This document shows positions 19,380 to 29,910 of a stretch of 58,829 bases of DNA, piece after piece. Under the pieces are notes generated by a model. The model did no database searches. It saw only the letters and a list, made by a program, of their open reading frames with translations, and was not told where the DNA came from. A program made the position numbers and the translations under genes. This stretch comes from an uncultured Flavobacteriales bacterium. GTDB lineage: Bacteria; Bacteroidota; Bacteroidia; Flavobacteriales; BACL11. Location: NCBI GenBank assembly GCA_905478185.1, contig CAJQHO010000007.1, positions 1 to 58,829 on the forward strand, written 5' to 3'. Each line of letters starts with the position of its first letter. The first letter of the stretch is position 1.

Positions 19380-20279
19380 TTAACTCCAAAGATTTGTTGG
19401 GTAAACACCATCAGCAATGCACTTAGTAATTGCAGCAACTGCCATTGGTTTATCTTCTTTGTAAGTTACCCCAAACCAATTATCATCAGTAGGAATTACA
19501 CGCACAGCCATTTGCTTACTTACAATCATATCCGTAACAATATTCGGTATGTAGTATTCAGCAGTTGGGTTAGTGGGATTTGCCCTCATAAAATCATGCA
19601 ATCCTTTTTCTATCTCATCAAAAATAGAAGGATGGAAACCCCAATAGTTCATTGATACTGGCACATTTTTATCTACTGTACCAAGTGGTAAATCATCATC
19701 AATATTATAATTAACGACTCCATTCTGTGCAGCAATCTTTGTTCTTTCTATCACCTCAACAAGATTATTATCAGCATCTACTTGGCACACTCCTCTGTTT
19801 ACTGTACCGTGCTCGGATAAAGTATTATGTAAAGTATAACCCACCATTGCCATTAATGATGGCGAACAATCCTTAGTTAAGAAATCAGCAATTAATTGGA
19901 ACGATCCTGCACCATAATAATCATCAGCATTAATTACGGCAAAGGGTTCGTTTATCACATCCTTAGCTACTAGTACTGCATGTGATGTCCCCCAAGGTTT
20001 TGTGCGCTCAATAGTAGTAATTCCTTCCACTTTTACATTTACAGGCTGATACACATATTCAATAGCGATTTTATCAGCAAACTTATCAAAGCGAGTACGA
20101 AATGCCTCATCAAACTCTCTTCTGATAACAAATACTATCTTTCCAAATTCTGAATTGATGGCATCATAAATTGAATACTCGATAATTGGCTCTTCATTTG
20201 GGCCTATTCCATCTATTTGTTTCAATCCACCATATCGGCTTCCCATTCCTGCTGCTAAAATTAATAATGTTGGCTTCAT
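19380..20279 (-). CDS. Sugar-phosphate nucleotidyltransferase family protein
   Basis: LAAGMGSRYGGLKQ, RTKPWGT.HA, INADDYYG and WFGVTY. Confidence 0.9.
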   Translation of the reverse strand: MKPTLLILAAGMGSRYGGLKQIDGIGPNEEPIIEYSIYDAINSEFGKIVFVIRREFDEAFRTRFDKFADKIAIEYVYQPVNVKVEGITTIERTKPWGTSHAVLVAKDVINEPFAVINADDYYGAGSFQLIADFLTKDCSPSLMAMVGYTLHNTLSEHGTVNRGVCQVDADNNLVEVIERTKIAAQNGVVNYNIDDDLPLGTVDKNVPVSMNYWGFHPSIFDEIEKGLHDFMRANPTNPTAEYYIPNIVTDMIVSKQMAVRVIPTDDNWFGVTYKEDKPMAVAAITKCIADGVYPTNLWS

Positions 20280-20287
20280 TTTTATCT

Positions 20288-20875
20288 TTATATATTATTT
20301 AAAAACATTTTTGAAATATACTTTCCTAGTATATCATATTCTATATTTACTACTGTGCCTTCTTTAAACTCATGAAAGTTTGTATGCTCATGCGTATAAG
20401 GAATAATGGCTACCGAAAAAGAAGTGCCCTTTGAGTTGACAACCGTAAGACTCACTCCATTCACACAAACTGATCCTTTTTCTACTGTCATACCCTGCGT
20501 TTGCTTGTGTTTAAAAGTATACACAAACGAACCTTTTTCTTCTTTAACTTCTACACACTTTGCCGTTTGGTCAACATGACCTTGTACCATGTGTCCGTCA
20601 AGCCTAGCCCCAACTTTTAGGCATCTTTCCATGTTTACTTTACTGCCAACTGCTAGTAAGCCAATATTGGATTTGTCTAAGGTTTCCTTAATTGCAGTAA
20701 CCGTATATTCATCACCATTAATAGCAACTACAGTAAGGCAAACACCATTATGCGCTACACTTTGGTCAATCTTCAGTTCATTAGTAATAGTTGACGTTAA
20801 AGTAATATGGACATTACTCCCTTCATTTTCCACTTTTACTACCTCAGCTATTAGTTCTATTATTCCTGTAAACAT
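20288..20875 (-). CDS. ribE: Riboflavin synthase (alpha chain)
   Basis: N-terminal MFTGI; SVAHNGVCLTV, GHMVQGHVD and KGSVCVNGVSLTV. Confidence 0.96.
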   Translation of the reverse strand: MFTGIIELIAEVVKVENEGSNVHITLTSTITNELKIDQSVAHNGVCLTVVAINGDEYTVTAIKETLDKSNIGLLAVGSKVNMERCLKVGARLDGHMVQGHVDQTAKCVEVKEEKGSFVYTFKHKQTQGMTVEKGSVCVNGVSLTVVNSKGTSFSVAIIPYTHEHTNFHEFKEGTVVNIEYDILGKYISKMFLNNI

Positions 20876-20876
20876 A

Positions 20877-21998
20877 TTAATAGTCAATTAATTGTTCTTC
20901 CATTTCTGGCATTTCTCTTTCCACATAATGCTGAGTTCTTAGTTGTGGCTCAAAGCCTGCTTCCTTTATACATTCCTGTATGCTATTAGCCGTAAACCTA
21001 TGGGGTGCTCCTGCAGCCGAAACTACATTTTCCTCAATCATGATTGATCCCATATCGTTTGCCCCTCCGTGCAAAGTAAGTTGTGCAGTATCTGCCCCAA
21101 CAGTAAGCCATGAAGTTTGAATATTTTTAATATTCGGCAACATAATTCTACAAATAGCAATCATGCGCATATATTCATCTGCTGAAGTTTCATTATTAAT
21201 TCCCTTAACTCTTTGCAAAAGCGTTCCATCATCCATAAATGGCCAAGGGATAAAGACTAAAAATCCATTTTCTCCTTCAGGTTTTTGAGCTTGCACCTCT
21301 CTTATTCTCACCAAATGATCAAAGCGTTCTTCTATCGTTTCAATATGGCCAAACATCATAGTTGCTGATGTGGTTAGCCCTACTTTATGTGCCACTTTCA
21401 TTACATCCAGCCACTCTTGCCCAGTACATTTTCCTTTGGAAATTAAACGCCTTACTCTATCGCTTAAAATTTCTGCCCCTGCTCCTGGCATACTGTCCAT
21501 TCCTGCTGCTTTTAACTCAGTTAACGCATGCAAATGTGTGTGTCCGCCAATTTTACAAATGTGCGCTACTTCAGGTGGCCCAAGTGCGTGTAGTTTTATA
21601 CTTGGATAAAGGACTTTTAAATCACGGAATAGTTTTGTATAATAATCCAATCCTAACCCTGGGTGATGCCCTCCTTGTAACAACAACTGATCTCCACCAA
21701 ATTTTATAGTTTCTTCAATTTTTGTTTTATAGGTTTCTAAGTCCGTTACATATACCTCCTCATGTTTAGGATGACGGAAAAAATTACAAAACTTACAGTT
21801 TGCAGTACAGGCATTAGTCGTGTTTACATTACGGTCAATCTGCCATGTAACCACATTACCAGGCACTTGCATTTGCCTTAGTTCATTTGCTGTCCACATC
21901 AAGTCGGCAGTAGGTACATTTTTATATAAAAACTGTCCCTCTTCTGCCGTTAAAAATTCTTTTTTCAATGCCCTTTCAAGCAATAGCTTACTATCCAT
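20877..21998 (-). CDS. mqnC: CofH/MqnC-family radical SAM enzyme, probable cyclic dehypoxanthinyl futalosine synthase
   Basis: DRNVNTTNACTANCKFCNF, LLQGGHHP, PGAGAEIL, ATMMFGH and MIEENVVSAAG; ATG 21998 preferred. Confidence 0.85.
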   Translation of the reverse strand: MDSKLLLERALKKEFLTAEEGQFLYKNVPTADLMWTANELRQMQVPGNVVTWQIDRNVNTTNACTANCKFCNFFRHPKHEEVYVTDLETYKTKIEETIKFGGDQLLLQGGHHPGLGLDYYTKLFRDLKVLYPSIKLHALGPPEVAHICKIGGHTHLHALTELKAAGMDSMPGAGAEILSDRVRRLISKGKCTGQEWLDVMKVAHKVGLTTSATMMFGHIETIEERFDHLVRIREVQAQKPEGENGFLVFIPWPFMDDGTLLQRVKGINNETSADEYMRMIAICRIMLPNIKNIQTSWLTVGADTAQLTLHGGANDMGSIMIEENVVSAAGAPHRFTANSIQECIKEAGFEPQLRTQHYVEREMPEMEEQLIDY

Positions 21999-22007
21999 AA
22001 AATTACT

Positions 22008-22029
22008 TAGTTTTGTGAGTTCAAAATTA
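22008..22029. promoter_or_regulatory. Divergent -7 boxes for pepA (TAGTTTTG, +, 22008-22015) and mqnC (TAATTTTG, -, 22022-22029)
   Basis: Two TAnnTTTG matches in a 40-bp intergenic gap, each 23 nt from its ATG. Confidence 0.65.
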
Positions 22030-22038
22030 CACAATATT

Positions 22039-23475
22039 ATGAAGACTACAATTAAAATCAATCCAACAAAAAATGAAGAAGGTATTTTCACTGAAAATAT
22101 AATTATTTTTCATGCTTCTAAATCTTCTTCTAGTGACTTATTTCTTAATGATGATGAAAAAGAATATGTCCAAAAACAAATTAAAGATGACAAAACAATT
22201 GTAAGTATTAATCAATTAGTGCGTTTTGTTCATATAGTTAATATTAAGGATGAAAAAGACACAAACAAAGCTGCTGAAGATATCAGATTGCTTGGGGATA
22301 AATTACAAGCATTAGTAAAGGACGAAACTACTGTTCATGTTCTTTTTACTATTGAAGATAAAGAAAAAGCATTATTGCTTACTGAAGGATTAGCATTAGC
22401 TAATTATACTTTTACAAAACACAAAACAGATCCTAAGCCTAATAAATTAGAAAACATCTACCTATCAAATCATGATGAGATTAAGGAGGATGTTGCAGAA
22501 ATAGAAAACACTATTGATTCAGTTTACCTTACAAGAGATTTAATTAATGAACCATTCTCTCACCTTACCGCTAAGGAGCTTGCTGAGTCTGCTTTTGAAT
22601 CAGGAAAAGAACACGGAATGAAGGTTACTGTTTTCAATAAAAAGAAGATAGAATCTTTAAAAATGGGAGGGCTTTTGGCAGTAAACAAAGGAAGTATTGA
22701 TGAGCCAACCTTTACTATTATGGAATGGAATCCAAAGAATGCAACTAACAAACAACCTATTGTTTTAGTAGGTAAAGGAATTGTATATGATACTGGAGGG
22801 CTTAGCTTAAAACCAACAGCCAACTCTATGGATTTAATGAAAACGGATATGGGAGGTGCAGGTACCGTAATTGGAGCCATGAATGCAATTGCTGCCAATA
22901 AATTAGATAAATATGTTGTTGCTTTAGTTCCTGCAACTGACAACCGACCTTCAGGAAATGCTTATGCACCTGGTGATGTAATTACTATGCATGACGGAAC
23001 AACTGTAGAGGTATTAAATACAGATGCTGAAGGGAGATTAGTGCTTGCTGATGCACTGAGTTTTGCAAAAAAATACAAACCTGAATTAGTTATTGATTTA
23101 GCAACCTTAACAGGAGCAGCAGCAGCTGCAATTGGGCATTACGGAATTGTAAGCATGCAACAAGGAGCTGAAAAGGAACACAAAAATTTAAAAAAGATTG
23201 GAGGCGAAACTCACGAGCGATTAGCAGAAATGCCATTTTGGTCGGATTATGATGAGCTTATAAAATCGGATGTTGCAGATATTAAGAACTTAGGAGGGCC
23301 AGCTGGTGGCGCTATTACAGCAGGAAAATTCCTAGCTCATTTTATTGATTATCCTTGGATTCATTTGGATATTGCAGGGCCTACTTTTGTAAAAGCTAAA
23401 TATGGCTACAGAGGAAAAGGAGCGACAGGAATGGGAGTGAGATTATTGTACCAATTCATTAAAAACAGAGCATAA
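22039..23475 (+). CDS. pepA: Leucyl aminopeptidase (M17)
   Basis: VGKGIVYDTGG, MKTDMGGA, NTDAEGRL, DLATLTGA and WIHLDIAG; ATG 22039 avoids overlap with mqnC. Confidence 0.93.
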   Translation: MKTTIKINPTKNEEGIFTENIIIFHASKSSSSDLFLNDDEKEYVQKQIKDDKTIVSINQLVRFVHIVNIKDEKDTNKAAEDIRLLGDKLQALVKDETTVHVLFTIEDKEKALLLTEGLALANYTFTKHKTDPKPNKLENIYLSNHDEIKEDVAEIENTIDSVYLTRDLINEPFSHLTAKELAESAFESGKEHGMKVTVFNKKKIESLKMGGLLAVNKGSIDEPTFTIMEWNPKNATNKQPIVLVGKGIVYDTGGLSLKPTANSMDLMKTDMGGAGTVIGAMNAIAANKLDKYVVALVPATDNRPSGNAYAPGDVITMHDGTTVEVLNTDAEGRLVLADALSFAKKYKPELVIDLATLTGAAAAAIGHYGIVSMQQGAEKEHKNLKKIGGETHERLAEMPFWSDYDELIKSDVADIKNLGGPAGGAITAGKFLAHFIDYPWIHLDIAGPTFVKAKYGYRGKGATGMGVRLLYQFIKNRA

Positions 23476-24512
23476 TGTCAAAAATTAAGGTTGGAATTTC
23501 AATAGGTGATTTAAACGGAATTGGTTTAGAAACTATCATCAAAACCTTTAAAGATAAAAGGATGTTAGATTTTTGCACTCCAATTGTATTTGGCTCATCA
23601 AAAGTTGTAGCAAAACATAAAAAGGCAATTGAAATAAACGATTTTAATTTTAATATCATTAATAAAATTGAAGATGCAAAACCACATAAAGCAAATCTTG
23701 TAAATATTTGGAATGATGATGTGGAAGTAAAGTTTGGAGAAGCAACTACTGTTAGTGGTGAAAAGTCCTTTGAATCAATCAAAAAAGCAGCAGAAGAATT
23801 AAAAGAAGGAAAGATTGATGTGCTAGTAACTGCTCCCATAAATAAAGCTTCTATACAAGAGGAAGTAAGAAGTTTTATTGGGCATACTGAGTTTTTACAA
23901 GGCAACTTTGAAGGCGAATCATTAATGCTAATGGTTAGCGAACTTATGCGCATTGCATTTGTAACAGGACATGTGCCATTAACTGATGTAAAAAAACACA
24001 TTACTGCTGATAATATCATTAAAAAAACGCAATTATTAAATACTTCCTTAATTCAAGATTTTGGAATTAGAAAACCCAAAATTGCAATACTAGGCTTAAA
24101 CCCTCATGCTGGAGAAGAAGGGTTGTTGGGGGCTGAAGAAAACGAGACTATCACTCCAACAGTAAAAAAATTAAAAAAGGAGGGTATAATGGCTTTTGGA
24201 CCTTATCCTGCTGATAGTTTTTTTAATAATAATAACTTAAAAAACTTTGATGGAATTTTATCCATGTATCATGACCAAGGATTAACAGCATTTAAAACAC
24301 TCTCATTTGATGAGGGAATTAACTTTACTGCCGGATTAAATGTTGTGCGAACATCACCAGTTCATGGAACAGCTTATGATGTTGCTGGAAAAGGAAATGC
24401 TAACGAAAGATCATTCCGTGAAGCTGTATTTTTAGCGTGTGAAATTTATAAAAAAAGAGCAGAGTTTAAACAGTTAAATGAGAATACATTAGGTTTTAAA
24501 AGCAAAAAGTAA
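23475..24512 (+). CDS. pdxA: 4-hydroxythreonine-4-phosphate dehydrogenase
   Basis: GDLNGIG.E, TAPINK, GHTEFL, LNPHAGE, MYHDQGL and RTSP.HGTA. Confidence 0.95.
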   Translation: MSKIKVGISIGDLNGIGLETIIKTFKDKRMLDFCTPIVFGSSKVVAKHKKAIEINDFNFNIINKIEDAKPHKANLVNIWNDDVEVKFGEATTVSGEKSFESIKKAAEELKEGKIDVLVTAPINKASIQEEVRSFIGHTEFLQGNFEGESLMLMVSELMRIAFVTGHVPLTDVKKHITADNIIKKTQLLNTSLIQDFGIRKPKIAILGLNPHAGEEGLLGAEENETITPTVKKLKKEGIMAFGPYPADSFFNNNNLKNFDGILSMYHDQGLTAFKTLSFDEGINFTAGLNVVRTSPVHGTAYDVAGKGNANERSFREAVFLACEIYKKRAEFKQLNENTLGFKSKK

Positions 24513-24541
24513 ACTTAATACGCTAAGTGCGAATAAATTTG

Positions 24542-24549
24542 TATCTTTG
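24542..24549 (+). promoter_or_regulatory. -7 promoter box TATCTTTG for yceD-rpmF
   Basis: TAnnTTTG 22 nt upstream of ATG 24572. Confidence 0.7.
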
Positions 24550-24571
24550 CAGCCCTTTAAAATTCAGGAGA

Positions 24572-25090
24572 ATGAATGATTTTATAATAAAATTAGGAGC
24601 TCTTACCAATGGTATAAACTCTTTTTCTTTTGACATTAAAGACCAGTTCTTTGAAGCATTTACATTGTCAGATGTTGAACATGCAGATATTATTGCTACA
24701 GCTTTACTAGATAAAGATGGTGATAAACTTGGATTAAAACTTAGAATTGATGGAAAAATAAACAATCAGCTTTGCGATATTTGCACTGAAGAACTTTCCA
24801 TAGATATTACTGCTGAAGCTGATGTTGTTTTAAAAATTACAGATGAAGATTTACACTCAACTGATGAAATTTTTTACATCAAAAAGAGTGAAAACTCTCT
24901 TAATTTAAAGCAATTAATTTTTGAAATTATCATTTTAAATTTACCCAACAAACGACAACATCCTTTTGATGAAGAGGGAAACAGTACATGCAATGAGGAA
25001 ATGGTAGATTTAGTAAATAAATATACAGAAGTAGAAGAAAAGTCGTCAGATCCTAGATGGGACGCATTAAAAGATTTAAAAATAAAATAG
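24572..25090 (+). CDS. yceD: YceD/DUF177 family protein
   Basis: CDIC motif and C-terminal DPRWDALK; directly upstream of rpmF. Confidence 0.88.
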   Translation: MNDFIIKLGALTNGINSFSFDIKDQFFEAFTLSDVEHADIIATALLDKDGDKLGLKLRIDGKINNQLCDICTEELSIDITAEADVVLKITDEDLHSTDEIFYIKKSENSLNLKQLIFEIIILNLPNKRQHPFDEEGNSTCNEEMVDLVNKYTEVEEKSSDPRWDALKDLKIK

Positions 25091-25103
25091 TAAAAGAAAG
25101 AAA

Positions 25104-25289
25104 ATGGCACATCCAAAAAGAAAAATTTCTAAGACTAGAAGAGATAAAAGAAGAACACATTATAAAGCATCTGCTACAACAATGTATTCATGCCCTAACT
25201 GTAGTACTCCAGTACAATATCACAGAGTTTGTGAAGAGTGCGGTACATATAGAGGGAAACAAGCAATAGAAAAACAAGTATCTTTATAA
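25104..25289 (+). CDS. rpmF: 50S ribosomal protein L32
   Basis: MAHPKRKISKTRRDKRRTHYK; CPNC...HRVCEECG.YRG. Confidence 0.97.
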   Translation: MAHPKRKISKTRRDKRRTHYKASATTMYSCPNCSTPVQYHRVCEECGTYRGKQAIEKQVSL

Positions 25290-25340
25290 TTCTTTAATAG
25301 AATTTTGTAGTTTTATCGTTTTAAAAACTACAATCTATTT

Positions 25341-26279
25341 ATGAGAATCGGTATAGATATTATGGGAGGAGATTATGCTCCTCAAAAAACTGTTCATGGA
25401 GCAATTCTTGCTCTAAATGAACTCCCAAAAGATACCACAGTAGTTTTATTTGGTAAAGAATCTCAGATTCTTGGTGAGTTAAAACAACATAGCGTTAGTG
25501 CAGATAAATTTGGAATAATTGACTGTTCTGAGGTAATTGATATGGGAGAACATCCTACAAAAGCATTCAAGTCAAAACCCAATTCTTCAATAGCAAAAGG
25601 GTTCCAATATTTAGCTTTAGGTAAAATTGATGGCTTTGCATCAGCAGGAAATACTGGAGCAATGTTTGTTGGAGGATTTTATTCTGTGAAAGCAATTGAG
25701 GGTATTTTACGCCCAGCAATATCTACTTTAATTCCAAGAAATGATGGAGGAGTAACAGTTTTGCTTGATGTTGGTGCTAATGCAGATTGTAAACCTGATG
25801 TTTTGTATCAATTTGGTATTTTAGGATCTTTATTTTCAGAACATGTTTGTGGAATTAAAAAACCAAATGTTAGTCTTTTAAATCTAGGTGAGGAAAAAAC
25901 AAAAGGGAACATGCTTACACAAGCTACTTACAGCATGATGGAAAATAATGCAGATTATCATTTTGCAGGCAACATTGAGGGTAGAGATATTTTTGATTCA
26001 GAATCGGATGTAATTGTTTGTGATGGTTTTACTGGAAATATAGTACTTAAAGAGGCTGAAGGAATCTTTTCAATCATGGAAAAGAGAGGATTACTAGACG
26101 ATTACTTTAAGCGTTTCAATTATGAAAACTATGGGGGAACTCCTATCCTAGGATTAAATAAAACTGTTATTATTGGGCATGGAATTTCTAATGAAATTGC
26201 AATTAAAAATATGATTACACTTACTAAAGATGTTGTAGAAGCAGACTTAGCTAGTAAAATAAAAAACAACCTTAACTAA
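25341..26279 (+). CDS. plsX: Phosphate acyltransferase
   Basis: [27 protein letters not shown] and VCDGFTGN. Confidence 0.96.
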   Translation: MRIGIDIMGGDYAPQKTVHGAILALNELPKDTTVVLFGKESQILGELKQHSVSADKFGIIDCSEVIDMGEHPTKAFKSKPNSSIAKGFQYLALGKIDGFASAGNTGAMFVGGFYSVKAIEGILRPAISTLIPRNDGGVTVLLDVGANADCKPDVLYQFGILGSLFSEHVCGIKKPNVSLLNLGEEKTKGNMLTQATYSMMENNADYHFAGNIEGRDIFDSESDVIVCDGFTGNIVLKEAEGIFSIMEKRGLLDDYFKRFNYENYGGTPILGLNKTVIIGHGISNEIAIKNMITLTKDVVEADLASKIKNNLN

Positions 26280-27280
26280 TGGGAAAAATTAATGCTGCAA
26301 TAACAGGTATTCAAGGCTATGTCCCTGAATATATACTGAACAATAAAGAGCTTGAAACAATGGTTGATACTAATGATGACTGGATTACATCAAGAACAGG
26401 CATTAAAGAGAGAAGAATATTAAAGGGGGAAGGAAAAGGAAGTTCTGACCTAGGGGCAAAAGCGGTAGAAGCACTTTTAGAAAAGACAAATACTTCAGCA
26501 GAAGATATTGATTTAATTATTTGTGCAACTGCAACTCCTGATATGGTTTTTCCTGCTACTGCTTGTATTATTGCTAATAAAGTAGGAGCTAAAAACGCAT
26601 TTGCTTATGATTTAATGGCGGCATGTTCTGGCTTCTTATTTTCCCTAAGTACTGCGTCAAAGTTTATTGAAACAGGTACTTACAAAAAAGTAATTGTAGT
26701 TGGAGCGGATAAAATGTCATCCATTGTTGATTATACTGATAGATCAACATGTATTATTTTTGGTGATGGTGCTGGAGCTGTACTTTTAGAACCTACTGAA
26801 GATGGATTAGGAATTCAAGATGCAATACTAAGAACTGATGGTTCAGGCGGAGAATTTTTACACATGAAAGCTGGAGGTTCGGCAAAACCAGCTTCACATG
26901 CTACTGTTGATGCGAGAGAGCATTTTGTTTTTCAAGATGGACAAACTGTATTTAAAGCAGCTGTAAAATCAATGGCTGATGTTTCTGAAGAAATCATGCA
27001 AAGAAATAATTTAGCAGCTGATGATGTTGCTTGGTTAGTCCCTCATCAGGCAAATAAAAGAATAATTGATGCTACTGCAAGACGAATGGGAGTAGGTAAC
27101 GAAAAAGTAATGTTGAATATTGAAAAATATGGAAACACCACTAATGGGACCATTCCATTATGCTTATGGGAATGGGAAAATCAATTAAATAAAGGAGATA
27201 ATATAATCCTTGCTGCCTTTGGCGGAGGATTTACTTGGGGCTCAATTTTTATAAAATGGGCTTACGACTCAAAGAAATAA
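26279..27280 (+). CDS. fabH: Beta-ketoacyl-ACP synthase III
   Basis: WI.SRTGI.ERR, AACSGF, FGDGAGA, PHQAN.RI, YGNT and FGGGFTWG. Confidence 0.97.
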   Translation: MGKINAAITGIQGYVPEYILNNKELETMVDTNDDWITSRTGIKERRILKGEGKGSSDLGAKAVEALLEKTNTSAEDIDLIICATATPDMVFPATACIIANKVGAKNAFAYDLMAACSGFLFSLSTASKFIETGTYKKVIVVGADKMSSIVDYTDRSTCIIFGDGAGAVLLEPTEDGLGIQDAILRTDGSGGEFLHMKAGGSAKPASHATVDAREHFVFQDGQTVFKAAVKSMADVSEEIMQRNNLAADDVAWLVPHQANKRIIDATARRMGVGNEKVMLNIEKYGNTTNGTIPLCLWEWENQLNKGDNIILAAFGGGFTWGSIFIKWAYDSKK

Positions 27281-27311
27281 TTACTTTTGTACTATAAATA
27301 AAATTAAAAAA

Positions 27312-27791
27312 ATGGATTTAAAAGACATTCAAGAATTAATAAAATTTGTTGCTAAATCAGGAGCAACTGAAGTAGATTTAGAAATTGATAATGTGAAAAT
27401 TTCAATTAAATCTCCAGCAAAAAAGAAAAGAGGTGAAGTTGATGAAGTTACTACTATTATCCAACAAGCACCTGCACAAGTTGTAGCAGCTTCACCTGTG
27501 GCAGCTCCAGTTGCAAAAACTGCAGCTCCTGCAGCTGATGATGAGTCAAACTACATTACAATAAAAGCTTCTATGATTGGGACTTTTTATCGTTCAGCTT
27601 CACCAGAGAATCCTCCATTTGCAGGAGTTGGTGACACTATTAAAGAAGGAGATACTATCTGCATTATTGAAGCAATGAAACTTTTCAATGAAATTGAATC
27701 TGAAGTATCAGGTAAGATTGTAAAAGTATTAGTTGATGATGCTTCTCCAATTGAATTTGATCAGCCATTATTCTTGGTTGATCCTTCATAA
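27312..27791 (+). CDS. accB: Acetyl-CoA carboxylase biotin carboxyl carrier protein
   Basis: EAMKLFNEI biotinylation motif; Ala/Pro linker. Confidence 0.97.
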   Translation: MDLKDIQELIKFVAKSGATEVDLEIDNVKISIKSPAKKKRGEVDEVTTIIQQAPAQVVAASPVAAPVAKTAAPAADDESNYITIKASMIGTFYRSASPENPPFAGVGDTIKEGDTICIIEAMKLFNEIESEVSGKIVKVLVDDASPIEFDQPLFLVDPS

Positions 27792-27811
27792 TTACCTTAA
27801 AATAATTTTTT

Positions 27812-29146
27812 ATGTTTAAGAAAATCCTAATAGCAAATAGAGGTGAAATTGCACTTAGAATTATCCGTACTTGTAAAGAGATGGGGATAAAAACAGTTGC
27901 CGTATACTCAACTGCTGATAAAGATAGTTTACATGTTCGTTTTGCTGATGAAGCCGTTTGTATTGGTCCTGCTGCAAGTTCAGAATCTTACCTAAAGATC
28001 CCAAATATTATTGCTGCTGCTGAAATAACAAATGCTGATGCTATCCATCCTGGCTATGGTTTTTTGGCTGAAAACTCTAATTTTTCAAAAATCTGTAGTG
28101 AGAATGAAATCAAATTTATTGGTGCTTCTCCTGAAATGATTGATGGAATGGGAGATAAAGCAAATGCAAAGGAAACCATGAAAAAAGCAGGTGTTTCTAC
28201 AATTCCTGGTTCAGTTGGGATTATCCCTGATTTTAAAGCTTGTAAAAAACTAGCTGTTGAAGTTGGATACCCTGTAATGCTAAAAGCAACTGCCGGTGGT
28301 GGTGGGAAAGGTATGCGATTAGTTTGGGAGGCAGAGAACTTAGAAGAGGCTTGGAATAGTGCAAGGCAAGAATCAAAAGCTGCCTTTGGTAATGATGGTA
28401 TGTACATGGAAAAATTCATTGAAGACCCTAGGCATATTGAAATCCAAATTATTGGAGATCACACAGGGAAAGCTGCTCACTTATCAGAAAGAGATTGTTC
28501 TATTCAAAGAAGACATCAAAAACTAGCTGAAGAAACACCTTCCCCTTTTATGACTAAAAAGTTAAGAAAAGAAATGGGAGAGGCTGCTATTAAAGCTGCT
28601 GAAGCTGTAAAATATGAAGGTGTAGGTACGGTTGAATTTCTTGTGGATAAACACAGAAAATTCTTCTTTATGGAAATGAATACTCGAATTCAAGTAGAGC
28701 ATCCTATCACAGAGGAAGTTGTTGACTATGATTTAATTCGTGAGCAAATTAAAGTAGCTGCAGGCGTTAAAATTTCAGGCGAGAATTACGACCCACAATT
28801 ACACGCAATTGAATGTAGAATTAATGCTGAGGACCCAGAAAATGACTTCAGACCTTGCCCCGGATTGATTACTAATTTTCATGCTCCAGGTGGACATGGA
28901 ATTAGAATTGACACTCATGTATATGCAAATTATATGATTCCTCCATTTTATGATTCTATGATTGCTAAGGTAATTACTGTTGCCCAAACAAGAGAAGAAG
29001 CAATTGCAAAAATGGTTAGAGCTTTAGATGAATTCATTATTGAAGGAATTAAAACTACCATTCCTTTCCATCAAAAATTAATGAAAGATAAAGATTTTAT
29101 TGCTGGAAACTATACCACAAAATTTATGGAAACATTTGAAATGTAA
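27812..29146 (+). CDS. accC: Acetyl-CoA carboxylase biotin carboxylase
   Basis: [37 protein letters not shown] and [10 protein letters not shown]. Confidence 0.97.
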   Translation: MFKKILIANRGEIALRIIRTCKEMGIKTVAVYSTADKDSLHVRFADEAVCIGPAASSESYLKIPNIIAAAEITNADAIHPGYGFLAENSNFSKICSENEIKFIGASPEMIDGMGDKANAKETMKKAGVSTIPGSVGIIPDFKACKKLAVEVGYPVMLKATAGGGGKGMRLVWEAENLEEAWNSARQESKAAFGNDGMYMEKFIEDPRHIEIQIIGDHTGKAAHLSERDCSIQRRHQKLAEETPSPFMTKKLRKEMGEAAIKAAEAVKYEGVGTVEFLVDKHRKFFFMEMNTRIQVEHPITEEVVDYDLIREQIKVAAGVKISGENYDPQLHAIECRINAEDPENDFRPCPGLITNFHAPGGHGIRIDTHVYANYMIPPFYDSMIAKVITVAQTREEAIAKMVRALDEFIIEGIKTTIPFHQKLMKDKDFIAGNYTTKFMETFEM

Positions 29147-29160
29147 TCTTACAAAATAAT

Positions 29161-29194
29161 ATAAAAAGCCCACTTAATTAAGTGGGCTTTTTAT
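29161..29194 (+). terminator. Rho-independent terminator after accC
   Basis: Perfect palindrome ATAAAAAGCCCACTTAATTAAGTGGGCTTTTTAT. Confidence 0.88.
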
Positions 29195-29220
29195 TGCTTC
29201 AATTTTTATACATTTATCGC

Positions 29221-29910
29221 ATGAATGATTATTTGGTAGAATGTTGTGCAAACTCTATTCAATCTGCAATACAAGGAAAATTAGGTGGAGCAAATAGAAT
29301 TGAACTCTGCACTAATTTAGAGGTTGGAGGAATGACTCCATCAAGAGAAGATATTGCAACATTAATGGAAAGGATTAATATTCCTATTCGAATACTAATT
29401 CGGCCTCACGCTAATAATTTTATGTATTCCAAGTCTGAATTATCACAGATAATTTCTGACATTCATTTTTGTAAAAAAATTGGAGTTGAAGGGGTTGTTA
29501 TTGGCGCATTAAATATGAATGGTTCTGTCAATAAAGAACAAACTAAAGCAATGGTAAGAGCTGCAAAACCTATGAATGTTACTTTTCACAGGGCTTTTGA
29601 TGATTGCCATAATTTACAACAAGATTTAGAAGATGTAATAGATTGCGGATGTGATACACTTTTAACTTGTGGACAACACAAGAATGTCACGGATGGAATT
29701 TCTAATTTGGAACAATTAATAAAGCTGGGAAATAAACGCATCACGATTTTAGCAGGAAGTGGTGTAAACCATACCAATACAGAGGCACTTTATAAAATTG
29801 GTATTCGTAATTTTCACCTTTCAGGCAGCAGAAAAAATCAGCAAGGAAAACTAGAAACTGATGTTCTACTTATTAAAGCTGTAATTGATAAACTGGCACA
29901 AATTGCATAA
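29221..29910 (+). CDS. cutC: CutC family protein
   Basis: GANRIELC.NL.VGG.TPS, LIRP, VTFHRAFD; ATG 29221 lies downstream of the terminator. Confidence 0.92.
   Translation: MNDYLVECCANSIQSAIQGKLGGANRIELCTNLEVGGMTPSREDIATLMERINIPIRILIRPHANNFMYSKSELSQIISDIHFCKKIGVEGVVIGALNMNGSVNKEQTKAMVRAAKPMNVTFHRAFDDCHNLQQDLEDVIDCGCDTLLTCGQHKNVTDGISNLEQLIKLGNKRITILAGSGVNHTNTEALYKIGIRNFHLSGSRKNQQGKLETDVLLIKAVIDKLAQIA

Noticed and set aside
20875-20890. Possible FMN riboswitch upstream of ribE
   Set aside because: No intergenic space; ribE starts 1 nt after the mqnC stop.
21820-22091. Apparent long overlap between the mqnC and pepA ORFs
   Set aside because: Artefact of longest-ORF calling; starts at 21998 and 22039 remove the overlap and each has a promoter box.
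25104-25289. Four-cysteine (zinc ribbon) form of L32
   Set aside because: A common, known variant in an ordinary gene context.
29161-29194. Perfect 34-bp palindrome as a possible mobile or REP element
   Set aside because: Single copy, directly after the accC stop, with A and T tails: an ordinary intrinsic terminator.
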